Part shown: piece after piece, positions 37,763-47,855 of the stretch | Layout: each line of letters begins with the position of its first letter | How positions within the stretch are numbered: position 1 is the first letter of the stretch | Assembly (NCBI GenBank): GCA_022447095.1 | Contig: JAKUUP010000005.1 | Location: 2,065-66,064 of the forward strand | Reading direction: 5' to 3' | Length of the DNA stretch: 64,000 nt | DNA from: Candidatus Thalassarchaeum betae | GTDB taxonomy: Archaea; Thermoplasmatota; Poseidoniia; Poseidoniales; Thalassarchaeaceae | Notes under the pieces: model-generated | What the model was told of the DNA's origin: nothing | The model's input: the letters and a program-made list of their open reading frames with translations, nothing else | Database searches by the model: none | Position numbers and translations under genes: made by a program

Positions 37763-39036
37763 AGTGGCTCAAGGGCGCCCTGCCCACCCATGTAGGGCCT
37801 GAGGACCTCGGGGATGCTGACGCGACCGTCCTCCATCTGGTTCTGTTCCATTATGGCTACTAGGGCTCTGCTCGTGGCCACGGCGGTCGAGTTGAGCGTG
37901 TGGACCGCCGCATTACCCTCAGTGGTACGGTATCGCATGCGCAGTCGGTTGGCTTGGTAGTCGGTGCAGTTGGAACAAGAGACGACCTCCTTGTAGCCCC
38001 CTGCTCCCGGTAGCCAAGCCTCCAAGTCGTACTTCCTAGATGCCACTGTCCCCATGTCTCCTGTGCAGATGTTGACCACCCGGTAGTGCAGTCCGAGGTT
38101 GTCCCATAGGCCGATCGCGTTGTCTAGAAGCTCCTCGTGGTGACCCCAGCTGTCATCGGGATGACAGATGACGATCTGCTCGATTTTCGTGAACTGATGG
38201 ACGCGCCATATACCCCGATCCGAGAGTCCATGCGCACCAACCTCGCGACGGAAGCATGGCGAGACACCGACGAGTCTGATTGGCAATTCCGATGGTTCGA
38301 TGATCTCATCCATCCTCATCGCTGTGAGCGGATGCTCACTAGTTGCGATGAGATAGTGCTTGTCCGGCTCGACTCCGTACATCACGGTCTCAAAGTCCTC
38401 GAGGTCGGTGACGCCCTCGTAGGCTTCTCGATTCATCATCAGCGGCGGCTGGACAAGTGTGTATCCTCTATCCATCAAGAAGTCGGCTCCGTACTGCTGG
38501 AGGGCCATCTCCAGCCGCGCCAAGTCACCCTGCATGAAGTAGAAGCGACTCCCGGTGACCTTGGCACCTCGAGCCTGGTCGACCCATCCATTCATCTCTA
38601 TCAAGTCGTTGTGGTTGCGCGCCTCGAAGCCCAACTCGACCTTCTCTCCGTGCATGCTACGGAGCGTATTCTTCTGATCGTCCTCACCTACGGGAACGTC
38701 AGTGTGCAGGATGTTCGGGATTCGCATCCTCAGAGCATCGCGTTGTGCTAGGCACTCGTTTGAGTGCGCACCCAACTCATCGATTTTCGCGCCGATGTCA
38801 GCAACTTCCGCCATAATTGAGTCAGCAGCGGCGGAGTCGCCCGACTTCTTAGCCGCCGCAACCCCTCTCGCAGCTTCGTTTCGGGCCTTACGCAGTTGGT
38901 CGGCGTCGTATCTAGCCCTGCGCCACTCCTCATCGAGACGGATGACCTCGTCGATGTTCTCGTGCGTCAGCCCACGCCTGTCGTGGTCGGCCCGAATGAC
39001 GTCAGCGTGTCCCCTGAACATGCTGATGTCGAGCAT
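37756..39036 (-). CDS. serS: Seryl-tRNA synthetase (bacterial-type class II)
   Basis: MLDISMFRG N-terminal coiled coil, FRREVGAHG (motif 2), and a motif 3 region. Confidence 0.9.
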   Translation of the reverse strand: MLDISMFRGHADVIRADHDRRGLTHENIDEVIRLDEEWRRARYDADQLRKARNEAARGVAAAKKSGDSAAADSIMAEVADIGAKIDELGAHSNECLAQRDALRMRIPNILHTDVPVGEDDQKNTLRSMHGEKVELGFEARNHNDLIEMNGWVDQARGAKVTGSRFYFMQGDLARLEMALQQYGADFLMDRGYTLVQPPLMMNREAYEGVTDLEDFETVMYGVEPDKHYLIATSEHPLTAMRMDEIIEPSELPIRLVGVSPCFRREVGAHGLSDRGIWRVHQFTKIEQIVICHPDDSWGHHEELLDNAIGLWDNLGLHYRVVNICTGDMGTVASRKYDLEAWLPGAGGYKEVVSCSNCTDYQANRLRMRYRTTEGNAAVHTLNSTAVATSRALVAIMEQNQMEDGRVSIPEVLRPYMGGQGALEPLQ

Positions 39037-39090
39037 TGCGACCAGCCCTCAGGGCTGGTCAGCATCCCTTCAATCAATCGGCTATTCCGC

Positions 39091-40179
39091 TCAGAAGAAC
39101 GAGATGTCCTGCCAAAGAGCGGTTGGGCCAAGCGCGATGATGGTCGCAATCAGGTACCCGAGTATGCTGCCGCCGTTAAGAAGAGGCAGACCCGCCTGCG
39201 GATTCCCGCGTGCGACCTGAGTCATCAGAGCAACATAACCGGCTAGGCCACCGACAAGAGTTCCCAGTCCAACAGTCAGGGGGCCTGCGTGCATGGTCCC
39301 GCCGAATAGCGTAGGGATCTCAGGACCCATCTCAGGCAGGAAGGAGACAGCCGAGATGACCAGCATTCCCGGGAAGATGACGTCTCCCAGACCCATGAAC
39401 AGAGCGTCCCTGCCACTCTTCTTCGGCTCGGGCATGTTCTTGACAGGGTCATCCCAGTCCATGTCCTCGGGCGTCTCGCTACGCATCACCTGATCCCCCT
39501 CTTCGAGGAATGAGTAGTCCTTGCTTTTCGGAGCGACCAGTAGCACAGGCAGTTTGAGGTCGATCATGGTGTCTGCCAGTTCGAGCATGTGCTTGCTACT
39601 GTTGACCGCCCAATGGTCGTAGACTGCTGCTATCACCATGAAGAGTATGATGAGGACGGGCACGAATGTGACCCCGATAATCGTGATGACCCCGGCTCCG
39701 ACCAGAATCCCGACCCCGTTCACCACATACCACTCAGGATACCGATGCAGCAGCACCATCAACGCGGTGTTGATGAGAACGATGCTTCCAACCACTGTTG
39801 TGAAGTTGTGGATCCTGATCATAATCCAAAACAACTCGATGTAGGGGGCCAAAGCATAGAACATACTGAACCACAGCGCGACCATCACGATTCCCTTGAT
39901 GATGAAGTCCAAACCCTTTCGTGCTAGCCAGATTATTACGACAGTGAAGATCAGAATGAAGAACATCTCCAGAATGACGTTACTGGCTTTCGTGGCACCC
40001 TCCTCTCCGAAGGCCCTAGCTTCGGGTACGTTGTAGATTGGCTGGATACTCAGTCCGAGCAGAATCGTTCCCACGAACATCCCAGCCATCCCGGTCATCG
40101 AGGCCCATTGCTCCTGCATCTCCTCAAGAATACTGGAGGACTCACCTTGGGCCATGCTCCCACGAACTTCAAGGCCCAT
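39091..40179 (-). CDS. Presenilin / signal-peptide-peptidase family intramembrane aspartyl protease (A22) homologue
   Basis: Nine predicted TMs with YD (AAVYDHWAV), GxGD (FMGLGDVIFP) and a PAL-like (ALGPTAL) motif in the canonical order. Confidence 0.7.
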   Translation of the reverse strand: MGLEVRGSMAQGESSSILEEMQEQWASMTGMAGMFVGTILLGLSIQPIYNVPEARAFGEEGATKASNVILEMFFILIFTVVIIWLARKGLDFIIKGIVMVALWFSMFYALAPYIELFWIMIRIHNFTTVVGSIVLINTALMVLLHRYPEWYVVNGVGILVGAGVITIIGVTFVPVLIILFMVIAAVYDHWAVNSSKHMLELADTMIDLKLPVLLVAPKSKDYSFLEEGDQVMRSETPEDMDWDDPVKNMPEPKKSGRDALFMGLGDVIFPGMLVISAVSFLPEMGPEIPTLFGGTMHAGPLTVGLGTLVGGLAGYVALMTQVARGNPQAGLPLLNGGSILGYLIATIIALGPTALWQDISFF

Positions 40180-40230
40180 ATCACCTTGACCCGTTCGCGC
40201 CTGAGCCCATCCGGCGACCGGGGATCCGAA

Positions 40231-41448
40231 ATGAGCGTCCGAGACTGGCTTGAAGAGCGCAAATCAATGGGCGTAAAACTAGGCCTTGACAACTGCCAGA
40301 TAATCCTCGAGCGGCTTGGGGACCCGCACTTGGAATTCCCCTCTATCCATGTCGCAGGAAGCAATGGCAAGGGCTCCCTGTGCGTTCAACTGTCCGCTGC
40401 CGCAACCGCTAGCGGTCTGACTACGGGACTGTTCACCTCACCACATTTGGTCACTGTCGAAGAGAGAGTCCGCATCGATGGCAGGCCAATCGCTCCCGCA
40501 ACCTTCGACCGGCTCCTCAATGCCGTCAGGGATGCTGCCTCCATCAAACCGGTCTGCAACCCTACCTACTTTGAAGCGACTTTCCTAGTCGCGATGCTTG
40601 CGTTCAGCGAGTCCGGGGTGGATCGAGGTATCATAGAGACTGGCATGGGCGGCAGGCTAGATGCCACGAGATTGGTCGATGCGGACTTGTGTATTCTGAC
40701 CACAGTTTCTCTGGAGCACACCGAATACCTCGGCGATACCCTTGCAGAGATTGCCGCCGAGAAGGCTGCAATTCACCGCCCCGGCACCACATTCATTGCC
40801 CTAGAACCTGAGGATGCAGAGGTCAGGCGCGTCATACAGAAGACCGCTGGAGATGACCTGTCTTGGTGGCCCAACGAAAGACTCGACTCGACATGGGATG
40901 ATCATGGTTCGATAGTCGATACCGTCGCCAGTATCAGAGGATGGGCGACTACTCGTGCAGATTGCCACTGGCCAGGGCGTTCACCAGGGTATGGAGAAGA
41001 TTGGGTTGAAGGCGTTGTGACCAGTCTCAGCGCGGCTCACAACGCCGAGAGCCTCGAGCGTGATTTATCTGAGAATCATCCCATCACTGTGGTGCTGCTG
41101 GGGATGAGCGAGAAGGCAGATTTGGAGGCGACCTTGGAGCCCGTTGTCGCCGAGATATGCATGGACACGCCCCTTCCAAAGGTCGTATTCACCGAGCCTC
41201 GGACCGGCCGCAATCCTGCAGTATCGGTAGAGGCGCTTTCCGAGATGATGGAGAGGATGGGTGCCGGACACATTCCGACAGCTGTGGAGAAAGACCCCAC
41301 AAAAGCGTTTGAGATGGCCGGGCAGATGGCGAGGGAGGAGGGGCACCAACTGCTCGTGATAGGAAGCGTGTATCTCATCGGTGACTTGCTGAAACATGTC
41401 GTCGAGAGAGACGGATTGAATCTCTGGGATGAGTTAACTGTCCACTAA
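40231..41448 (+). CDS. folC: Folylpolyglutamate synthase / dihydrofolate synthase (Mur ligase family)
   Basis: IHVAGSNGKGS P-loop and TSPHLV.V.ER. The longest ORF starts at 40108, but ATG 40231 (MSVRDWL) fits family N-termini. Confidence 0.8.
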   Translation: MSVRDWLEERKSMGVKLGLDNCQIILERLGDPHLEFPSIHVAGSNGKGSLCVQLSAAATASGLTTGLFTSPHLVTVEERVRIDGRPIAPATFDRLLNAVRDAASIKPVCNPTYFEATFLVAMLAFSESGVDRGIIETGMGGRLDATRLVDADLCILTTVSLEHTEYLGDTLAEIAAEKAAIHRPGTTFIALEPEDAEVRRVIQKTAGDDLSWWPNERLDSTWDDHGSIVDTVASIRGWATTRADCHWPGRSPGYGEDWVEGVVTSLSAAHNAESLERDLSENHPITVVLLGMSEKADLEATLEPVVAEICMDTPLPKVVFTEPRTGRNPAVSVEALSEMMERMGAGHIPTAVEKDPTKAFEMAGQMAREEGHQLLVIGSVYLIGDLLKHVVERDGLNLWDELTVH

Positions 41449-41466
41449 GAACCCAAGTATGATGAC

Positions 41467-41814
41467 TTGCTGAGATGCTCGCATCACATGTCTGAGAAGG
41501 ATGATGACAAGGTCGAAGTCAAGGTGGTAGTCGAGTCTAGGGACTCGGCATCAAAAGTCATCCTGATCGCCCTCACATTGGCCCTCGTCGGCGTTCTGAT
41601 CGCAGTCATCTCCGGAGGGGGCGTCGAGGACCTGCTGCTCAAGAGGGGCGAAACCGGAGAGGGTAACTGTGGGGACGGGATCGACAATGACAAGGGTGGC
41701 CAGGCCGACGATGACGACCCCGACTGCTATTCGAATCCTGAGGTCTGGGAGGGATACGACCCTAACCGCACCGAGGCAAACCGCGATAACGACCCGCCCG
41801 GAGGCAAGCCCTGA
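41467..41814 (+). CDS. Small membrane-anchored protein with an Asp-rich Ca-binding-like exodomain (alternative start 41488)
   Basis: TM (VILIALTLALVGVLIAVI) then GNCGDGIDNDKGGQADDDDPDCYSNPE (thrombospondin-type-3-like D.D.DG.D motif). Confidence 0.45.
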   Translation: MLRCSHHMSEKDDDKVEVKVVVESRDSASKVILIALTLALVGVLIAVISGGGVEDLLLKRGETGEGNCGDGIDNDKGGQADDDDPDCYSNPEVWEGYDPNRTEANRDNDPPGGKP

Positions 41815-41823
41815 GGTGACGGC

Positions 41824-42261
41824 ATGAGTGAGAAGTGGGACAGACGTTTTCTTGAGCTCGCCTCGCACATCTCCACTTGGAGCAAGGACCCATCGACCAA
41901 GGTCGGTTGCGTAGTGGTAGGCGAGGATAGGGAAATCCGCTCAACGGGCTTCAATGGTTTCCCGCGAGGCATCGAGGACGATGCCGAGAGACTCGAGGAC
42001 CGTGCACAGAAGTACCCACTGATTTGCCACGCCGAAGAGAATGCGATTATGCACGCTGCAAGGATCGGGATTTCGCTCAAGAGCAACACAGCCTATGTCA
42101 CATGGCCTCCTTGCTCGCGCTGCACGCGCTCACTCATCCAAGCCGGCGTCTCCGAAGTCGTCTATCCGGCTGGAATCGACATCCCGGAGCGCTGGGAGGA
42201 GGACCTAGAGATAGCACTGGGGATGATGGAAGAGGCTGGAATATCGGTCAGGCAGGTCTAG
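41824..42261 (+). CDS. dCMP deaminase (cytidine/deoxycytidylate deaminase zinc-binding family)
   Basis: CHAEENAI (H(A/C)E zinc ligand) and PCSRCTRSLIQAGV (PCxxC). Confidence 0.85.
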   Translation: MSEKWDRRFLELASHISTWSKDPSTKVGCVVVGEDREIRSTGFNGFPRGIEDDAERLEDRAQKYPLICHAEENAIMHAARIGISLKSNTAYVTWPPCSRCTRSLIQAGVSEVVYPAGIDIPERWEEDLEIALGMMEEAGISVRQV

Positions 42262-42881
42262 GACAGGCTGCCCAGCAGATTCTCCAGATCCTCGTGCAAA
42301 CCCTCGACGGTGCCTTCGTTTATCAGTATCAGGTCAGCCATCTCCGCAGTTGCGACAAGGGCCTGACCGGCTTCATCGCTAGCCACCTCCTCGGACTCCT
42401 CCTGCGCCACGAAGGTCGCTCTGTCCGCAGGGTCCCCTAGACGAGCCCGGCTCTGCGAGCGTGTCCATCGCGAATCGGCGCCAGCCGTGACTTCGATGAG
42501 GATGAAATCATCACGAGCCCGCAGCGCCTCGACCTCGCCGGGCGTGCGGATCGAGTCGATGACCGCATCCTCGCCTCCGAGAGCCTCCAGCAGCATCTCA
42601 GCGAGTATGCCAGGTCCTCCACGGCGCCGCAACTCTCTACCGCCTTCGATTAGCGCCTCGCGACTCTCCTCGATGCCCTGTTCAGCAAGCCAGGCGCGAA
42701 TCGAGTCCGAACATGAAACCGTTCGAATCCCTCTGCCAGCGAACCACTGCACTACCGTGGTCTTCCCTGAGGCGTTTCGCCCAGTCAATCCGACCAACAC
42801 AACCCACACCGCGGGTCGAACGCGCATAGGGATTGCGTCATGACCAGTATTGCCGCGTTCTAGCATACTGTAGTTCAGCAT
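42258..42881 (-). CDS. P-loop nucleotide/nucleoside kinase (dephospho-CoA kinase / NMP kinase-like)
   Basis: VLVGLTGRNASGKTTV Walker A. The start is more likely at MRVRPAVW (42827). Confidence 0.5.
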   Translation of the reverse strand: MLNYSMLERGNTGHDAIPMRVRPAVWVVLVGLTGRNASGKTTVVQWFAGRGIRTVSCSDSIRAWLAEQGIEESREALIEGGRELRRRGGPGILAEMLLEALGGEDAVIDSIRTPGEVEALRARDDFILIEVTAGADSRWTRSQSRARLGDPADRATFVAQEESEEVASDEAGQALVATAEMADLILINEGTVEGLHEDLENLLGSLS

Positions 42882-45819
42882 TGTGAATCGCCCTCAGCAG
42901 TCGAACCCTCTCGCCAGCGATGTGTCCTCGTAGCACCCTTGTCGCAGTCTCCTCGGCGATACCACGTCCCATAAGGCACAGCACCGCATCGAAGCCGTGT
43001 GTCCGGACCAGTTCTGCGTTCTTCTCCATCTTGCCGCGGACCTTTGGGTCCCCACTGTCAACCCACTCTGCGAGCATTGCCTCCATCCTCTCGGGTGCAC
43101 ACGCCTGCATCGTTCCGCTGCATGACGAGCAAGGCTCAATCCTAGCTTCGAAGCGATCGACTCGCCTTCGACTCCTGCTCTTGCAGTTCAGGCAAATCAG
43201 GACCGCCCGCTCGTTGAGCAGACGCAATTCTAGGCGCTCTCGCAGGTCCTTGTCGGACCACGATGGCAGAAGCAGGTCACGCTCGCTCTTCGGACTCATT
43301 CCCAGAGGCCCTGGCACCGTGTGCACCACCTCGATATCCTCTTCTTGCACCTGCCTCAACAGGTCCATGGTCGCATCGATATCCATCCTCTCGTGGAAGA
43401 GCTTGTCGAACGACTCCTCGATGACAGGAGTCCCTCGGTAGCGTTGCATCAAGCCATCCAAATTGACTTTGCGCGGGTCGACGCCTTTCTTCAGAACGCC
43501 CATCCGACGAGCCACTTGAACTACTCTCCACCGTATTGCACGCCCGTGTGGGATGGTCATCTTCAGTATCGAAGGCAGCGCTATCGGCGGCGTCTCTTTC
43601 AGCCATTCAATCACATTTTGAGGAGTCATTCCAGGGACTTGGAAGGCTATTCGGTATGGGTCAATCAGGGCCCTGCCCATTTTTCCTTCACGCATCGAGC
43701 CCATGGCTTGGATGAGATGAGCCAAGGTCTCGTTGACCTTCGAGCCGCTGCAGGTGTTCAGTACCACCGTACCGTTCCTGTCCTCAACAGTGATGCACCT
43801 ATCGTCAGGAAGGTATCCTGTCGCATCCACATGCTCTGCGACGGTCGAGATTAGAGTATGTCCGGCATCTTCCGATAGTGGGTAAGCATCGAAAGCCAGG
43901 TAACCGTCTTCAGGTGGCAGGATGCCTATTGCAATCGCTGCACTGCGCCTCAGTCTACCGACTTCTTGAGCGACCTCTTGGGGCACTGGCGGCAACTCGC
44001 CGGCCCACACCGGCGCCTCACCAGTCTCCTTCACGGGGGCCACCACGAGTTCCTCTTGCTCCGGGTCGGCGTCGATAATCTCCCAAGTGCGTCCAGCCAT
44101 CACGAATCTACGTGCTCGCCCAATCGAGTCCTCGCCGCCATTTCCCAGCGAGAGGACGAAGGCCTCGTCGACAGAACCCAGTACCTTGCGAGTGACGACG
44201 TCTCGAACGCGGTAGGACATCTCATCGGGGATCATCGATATGTGGTCAGTCCGAGTCTTCCCCAATCTACCGGCCGGTGAGAACCACCCGCTCTTGAGGG
44301 AGTCGGGTAGCGCCGGCAGGAACTGCCGACGCCATTTCTCCTTGTCTGTCTCTGAATGATCCTCATCCCAGCGTGGCCTCTCCATTGGCGCATCGCCTTG
44401 GCTCCTCGATGCCAATTCCACCCACAGTTTCGCAGACCATGTGGTCACATCGGATTTCGACGGCTCGTCCACGAGTCTGACTAGCCAGCGATCGTCCAGC
44501 ACCCTCAGTAGAGCAAGAGTCGACTCATGACTCCACTCGTGGAAAATCGAGCATCTCTGGATGATATCCGTCGCCTTCTCCAGAGGCACGACCCCCCTCT
44601 CCATTGACATCTGCAGGAGTTGATTGGCGGCGACCACTCCTGGATCGGTGCGCCACCCGACCCCCTCGATCTCGCCGACCATCGCCCTGCGCGCGATGAC
44701 CGCGCCCTCTGCAATGCCGTCCACCTCCCATGCGAGTATCTCTCCTCTACCGGTCCCTCCAAGATGATGCTCGGCGCGACCGACCCTCTGCAGCATCCTG
44801 TCTACTGCCCGCGGGCTCTGCAGTTGGTGGACTCTGCGAATCGAGCCGATGTCTATACCTAGCTCGAGGCTGCTGGTGCAGATCAACCCGTGCAGTTCGC
44901 CTGCACGGAGTGCATTCTCCATATCGAAACGAGTCTCGGCGGCGAGGCTCCCGTGGTGAACTCCTACCACAATTTCGGGAACGAGGGTAGCCAGCCTCTG
45001 TGCAACGGTCTCCGCAGTGCTTCTGGAGTTGACAAAGACCAGTGATGGCGAGTCCTCCATCAACGAGGCTGCCAGCCTGCGGAATGCAGCGATGGAACTG
45101 GGCGATACCGACCATTCTACAGAGAGCAACTCGTCCTCTGCCGAGGCAGGCTCTCGATGGACCAGCAAGCGAGTCGTTCTCGGAGCGGGCCCAATCACAG
45201 GCTCGGTCGAGTCAGACATCCATTTGGCTACCTCGTTGGGGTTGCCAACAGTCGCAGACAGACCAATTCGTTGGATCGGGTCAGAGCAGTAGTCCTCTAT
45301 ACGCTCGATGCCGATTAGGAGTTGTGAGCCCCGCTCCGAGGCAGCGAGGTCGTGAACCTCATCGAGTACAATTGCCTTGAGTCCTGCCAGATGCTGCCTC
45401 AGCCGGCTACCGAGCAGCATGATCTGCGTGGTCTCAGGAGTTGTGACCAGCAGGTTCGGCGGGTTCCTAGACTGTCGAGTTCTCTCCTTCTGGGACGTAT
45501 CACCGTGTCTCAGACCGACGCTCAGTCCCAACGGCTCAAGCATCTCTGCGAGTCGCCTGTCGATGTCGCGGTTCAGCGCACGCAGAGGAGTGACATACAG
45601 TATCGATAATCCTTCCCAGCCCTCTTCCAGTGCGCGCGAGGCGAGAGGCAGGACGGCCGCTTCGGTCTTGCCGCTCCCTGTGGGAGCCAGCAGCAGTCGA
45701 TGCTCGCCATCGACTATCTCTGCCATAGATTCATTTTGTATCGGAGTCAGAGTCCAGCCCAGTTCCTCGACCAACTCCCTTACCTTAGGGTGAAGTCGGT
45801 CGAGCGGAGTGCTGGCCAT
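42838..45819 (-). CDS. lhr: Lhr-family large ATP-dependent helicase (superfamily 2, DEAH)
   Basis: LLLAPTGSGKTEAA (motif I), VLDEVHDL (DEVH), SSLELGID (motif VI region), plus a ~500-aa C-terminal Lhr-specific extension. Confidence 0.85.
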   Translation of the reverse strand: MASTPLDRLHPKVRELVEELGWTLTPIQNESMAEIVDGEHRLLLAPTGSGKTEAAVLPLASRALEEGWEGLSILYVTPLRALNRDIDRRLAEMLEPLGLSVGLRHGDTSQKERTRQSRNPPNLLVTTPETTQIMLLGSRLRQHLAGLKAIVLDEVHDLAASERGSQLLIGIERIEDYCSDPIQRIGLSATVGNPNEVAKWMSDSTEPVIGPAPRTTRLLVHREPASAEDELLSVEWSVSPSSIAAFRRLAASLMEDSPSLVFVNSRSTAETVAQRLATLVPEIVVGVHHGSLAAETRFDMENALRAGELHGLICTSSLELGIDIGSIRRVHQLQSPRAVDRMLQRVGRAEHHLGGTGRGEILAWEVDGIAEGAVIARRAMVGEIEGVGWRTDPGVVAANQLLQMSMERGVVPLEKATDIIQRCSIFHEWSHESTLALLRVLDDRWLVRLVDEPSKSDVTTWSAKLWVELASRSQGDAPMERPRWDEDHSETDKEKWRRQFLPALPDSLKSGWFSPAGRLGKTRTDHISMIPDEMSYRVRDVVTRKVLGSVDEAFVLSLGNGGEDSIGRARRFVMAGRTWEIIDADPEQEELVVAPVKETGEAPVWAGELPPVPQEVAQEVGRLRRSAAIAIGILPPEDGYLAFDAYPLSEDAGHTLISTVAEHVDATGYLPDDRCITVEDRNGTVVLNTCSGSKVNETLAHLIQAMGSMREGKMGRALIDPYRIAFQVPGMTPQNVIEWLKETPPIALPSILKMTIPHGRAIRWRVVQVARRMGVLKKGVDPRKVNLDGLMQRYRGTPVIEESFDKLFHERMDIDATMDLLRQVQEEDIEVVHTVPGPLGMSPKSERDLLLPSWSDKDLRERLELRLLNERAVLICLNCKSRSRRRVDRFEARIEPCSSCSGTMQACAPERMEAMLAEWVDSGDPKVRGKMEKNAELVRTHGFDAVLCLMGRGIAEETATRVLRGHIAGERVRLLRAIHNAELQYARTRQYWS

Positions 45820-45861
45820 GGCTTCCGGCCGAGGTCGTGTGAAGAAAACCCTCCCACCGAA

Positions 45862-46890
45862 CTACGGATGAGGAGGGACCTCTGATGACCAGTTTTCCAT
45901 CTTGTTCAGACTGATGGTGACGTTGGTGATTTCACCGTCCTCCCAGTAGTCAACGGCGATGAAAGTGGGCCTATCATCAACTTCTTCCCAGCACCCCAGT
46001 GCTCTTTCGAGCAGGGTATCGTAGTCGTTGACCTCCTGAGCGCGTACAGGGTCAGCCAAGCCGAAGACGCTGGACAGCCAGTTGTTCAGGTGCCAAACCG
46101 GCTGTACCCCATCGCCCCTGCCGACCCTGCATGACATGTCGTCTTGCTCATCCTCACCGTATGGGGTGTCCCAGCTGTGCGTCCATGCATGGTGGAGCCA
46201 GGGATACCGCTCATCGTACTGGTAGTCCCAATAGACGACGAGGTCCGTACCGTTGAGCGCCATCTCGCCGATGCTTGGCCAAGGCTCGCCGGGAGTGTGT
46301 ACGAAGGTCCTATCGAGCATCCCCGTTTGGTTGAACAGAACCTCAAGATGCTCGCCCGGGACGTAGTTCTCCAGCAGCAGGCTGACCACGTCGCCACTAC
46401 TGTTATTCATCAGTGAGCTCAGATGCCTCAGCCAGGAGTATGCATCAACCTCGGAGTAGATGCACGGGTGTAAGAAGGTCGAATCGGGATCTCCGTGGCA
46501 AAATCGAACATCGTCGACGCTGGTATCGTCCTTGGACAGGTGATGCGTGTCGAGCATGTATGCACGAATCCCTCCATCCCACTGCGCCTGCAATGCGGTC
46601 TTGTGATTCATCGCCATCCAAACTCCGTCTTCGATGGTCGCGAACGAATTGTGAGTCTCGGGGAATGTGAAGTTGTCATACGAGCGTAGGCAATACTCGG
46701 CCTTGCCGTGGCATAGCAGGGAATCACTCGCATTCAGGGGGTCAAGACCATGTTCTCCCTCCCAGCCGTTCGGCAGACCATCTCCGTCATCGTCTGCGTA
46801 AGGATCGAGTTCCGCCCCCTCCTCATTACCAAAGCATCCTGACGAAATTAGACTGCAACCCACGAGAACAACCATCCATGGGTGCTTCAT
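45862..46890 (-). CDS. Lipoprotein with a PLC-like phosphodiesterase domain
   Basis: Lipobox-type signal MKHPWMVVLVGCSLISSGC and FPETHNSFAT (the H-N-S catalytic motif of the PI-PLC X-domain family). Confidence 0.5.
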   Translation of the reverse strand: MKHPWMVVLVGCSLISSGCFGNEEGAELDPYADDDGDGLPNGWEGEHGLDPLNASDSLLCHGKAEYCLRSYDNFTFPETHNSFATIEDGVWMAMNHKTALQAQWDGGIRAYMLDTHHLSKDDTSVDDVRFCHGDPDSTFLHPCIYSEVDAYSWLRHLSSLMNNSSGDVVSLLLENYVPGEHLEVLFNQTGMLDRTFVHTPGEPWPSIGEMALNGTDLVVYWDYQYDERYPWLHHAWTHSWDTPYGEDEQDDMSCRVGRGDGVQPVWHLNNWLSSVFGLADPVRAQEVNDYDTLLERALGCWEEVDDRPTFIAVDYWEDGEITNVTISLNKMENWSSEVPPHP

Positions 46891-47023
46891 GGTATGCAAT
46901 ACCGCGTTCCACTCATGAAATAATCGGATTTCACCCTCTTTGGGACTACCTGTCATGTTGCAGAGCGTGAAACGACTCGTCGGAAGGCACTAATCGGGAG
47001 AGCATGACCCCGCGAGGAGGAAG

Positions 47024-47854
47024 ATGGCGCGTAGAGGCACTCGAAAACTCGGTCTGTTCGGCCGTTGGTGGGAAAGTCAGAGGGACCGCCACTTCCAGAT
47101 AATCACCTACTCGACCATAATCTCGGTCGCCTGTCTGGTGTGGGGCTTCGTCTTCCTGTTCGTTCTCGGAGGCTATGGCGACCCGGAGCAGCAAGCGCTG
47201 GTACCGTGGAGTTGGCTAGCGTTAGTTGGCGGGCTCGTCGTAGCGTTCTACGTAGCACCCGAGTTTTTCGTCTACATGGGACAGCGTCAGATTCTTGAGG
47301 ACATCCTGCTGATTGACTCGCGTCCTGAGATCCTGCGTCGCAGGAAGGAGGCGGAGGACGCCGCAGACATGCTTGGCAAGTCCTACCAAGCGCGTCTGAT
47401 GGGCCTGTACCAGTTGCACAACATCAACATCGGCAAGAAGTACAAGGTCGAGTCCGTCGGTCCGATCAGAGATGACGACTCGTTCGACGAAGAGGATTTC
47501 ATCGAACTCCCATCGGTAACTGACTCGTGGTGGAGCACCAGTGACTCGACTCTCTCCAGACTCCTCCCCGGACTTTGGGTGCTGAGGAATCCGATGGCGA
47601 ACCGCGGTTTGATCACGGGGTTTTCGTTTACCACAATGCTGCTTCTGTCTAACAGCGTGTTCGGTATCTTCACTGGAGCCAGTGGCGAGAGAGACCACAC
47701 TCTAGACCTGACTGCATCTATTCACGAGATGGAGAGGATCTACGAATCTTCGCCGCATTACGACGTCATTAGCCTACTCTTCATCGTCGTATTCGCAACT
47801 CTTCTGTTGTCAACGCGACCTCACATTGAATCACCTAACAACGAGGAGGAGTGA
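47024..47854 (+). CDS. Membrane protein of unknown function
   Basis: SD GGAGGAAG upstream; four predicted TMs; acidic C-terminus. Confidence 0.5.
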   Translation: MARRGTRKLGLFGRWWESQRDRHFQIITYSTIISVACLVWGFVFLFVLGGYGDPEQQALVPWSWLALVGGLVVAFYVAPEFFVYMGQRQILEDILLIDSRPEILRRRKEAEDAADMLGKSYQARLMGLYQLHNINIGKKYKVESVGPIRDDDSFDEEDFIELPSVTDSWWSTSDSTLSRLLPGLWVLRNPMANRGLITGFSFTTMLLLSNSVFGIFTGASGERDHTLDLTASIHEMERIYESSPHYDVISLLFIVVFATLLLSTRPHIESPNNEEE

Positions 47855-47855
47855 C

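Noticed and set aside
41824-42881. dCMP deaminase next to a P-loop kinase-like gene, considered as a possible dNTP-depletion antiviral defence pair
   Set aside because: The two genes are convergent rather than fused or co-transcribed. The deaminase is a standard zinc-dependent dCMP deaminase of thymidylate synthesis. The flanking genes (folC, Lhr) are housekeeping, so there is no defence-island context.
46891-47023. 133-nt intergenic region considered for a small RNA gene
   Set aside because: It contains only a GGAGG SD and a start context for the downstream membrane protein. No stable extended structure or conserved motif was recognised.
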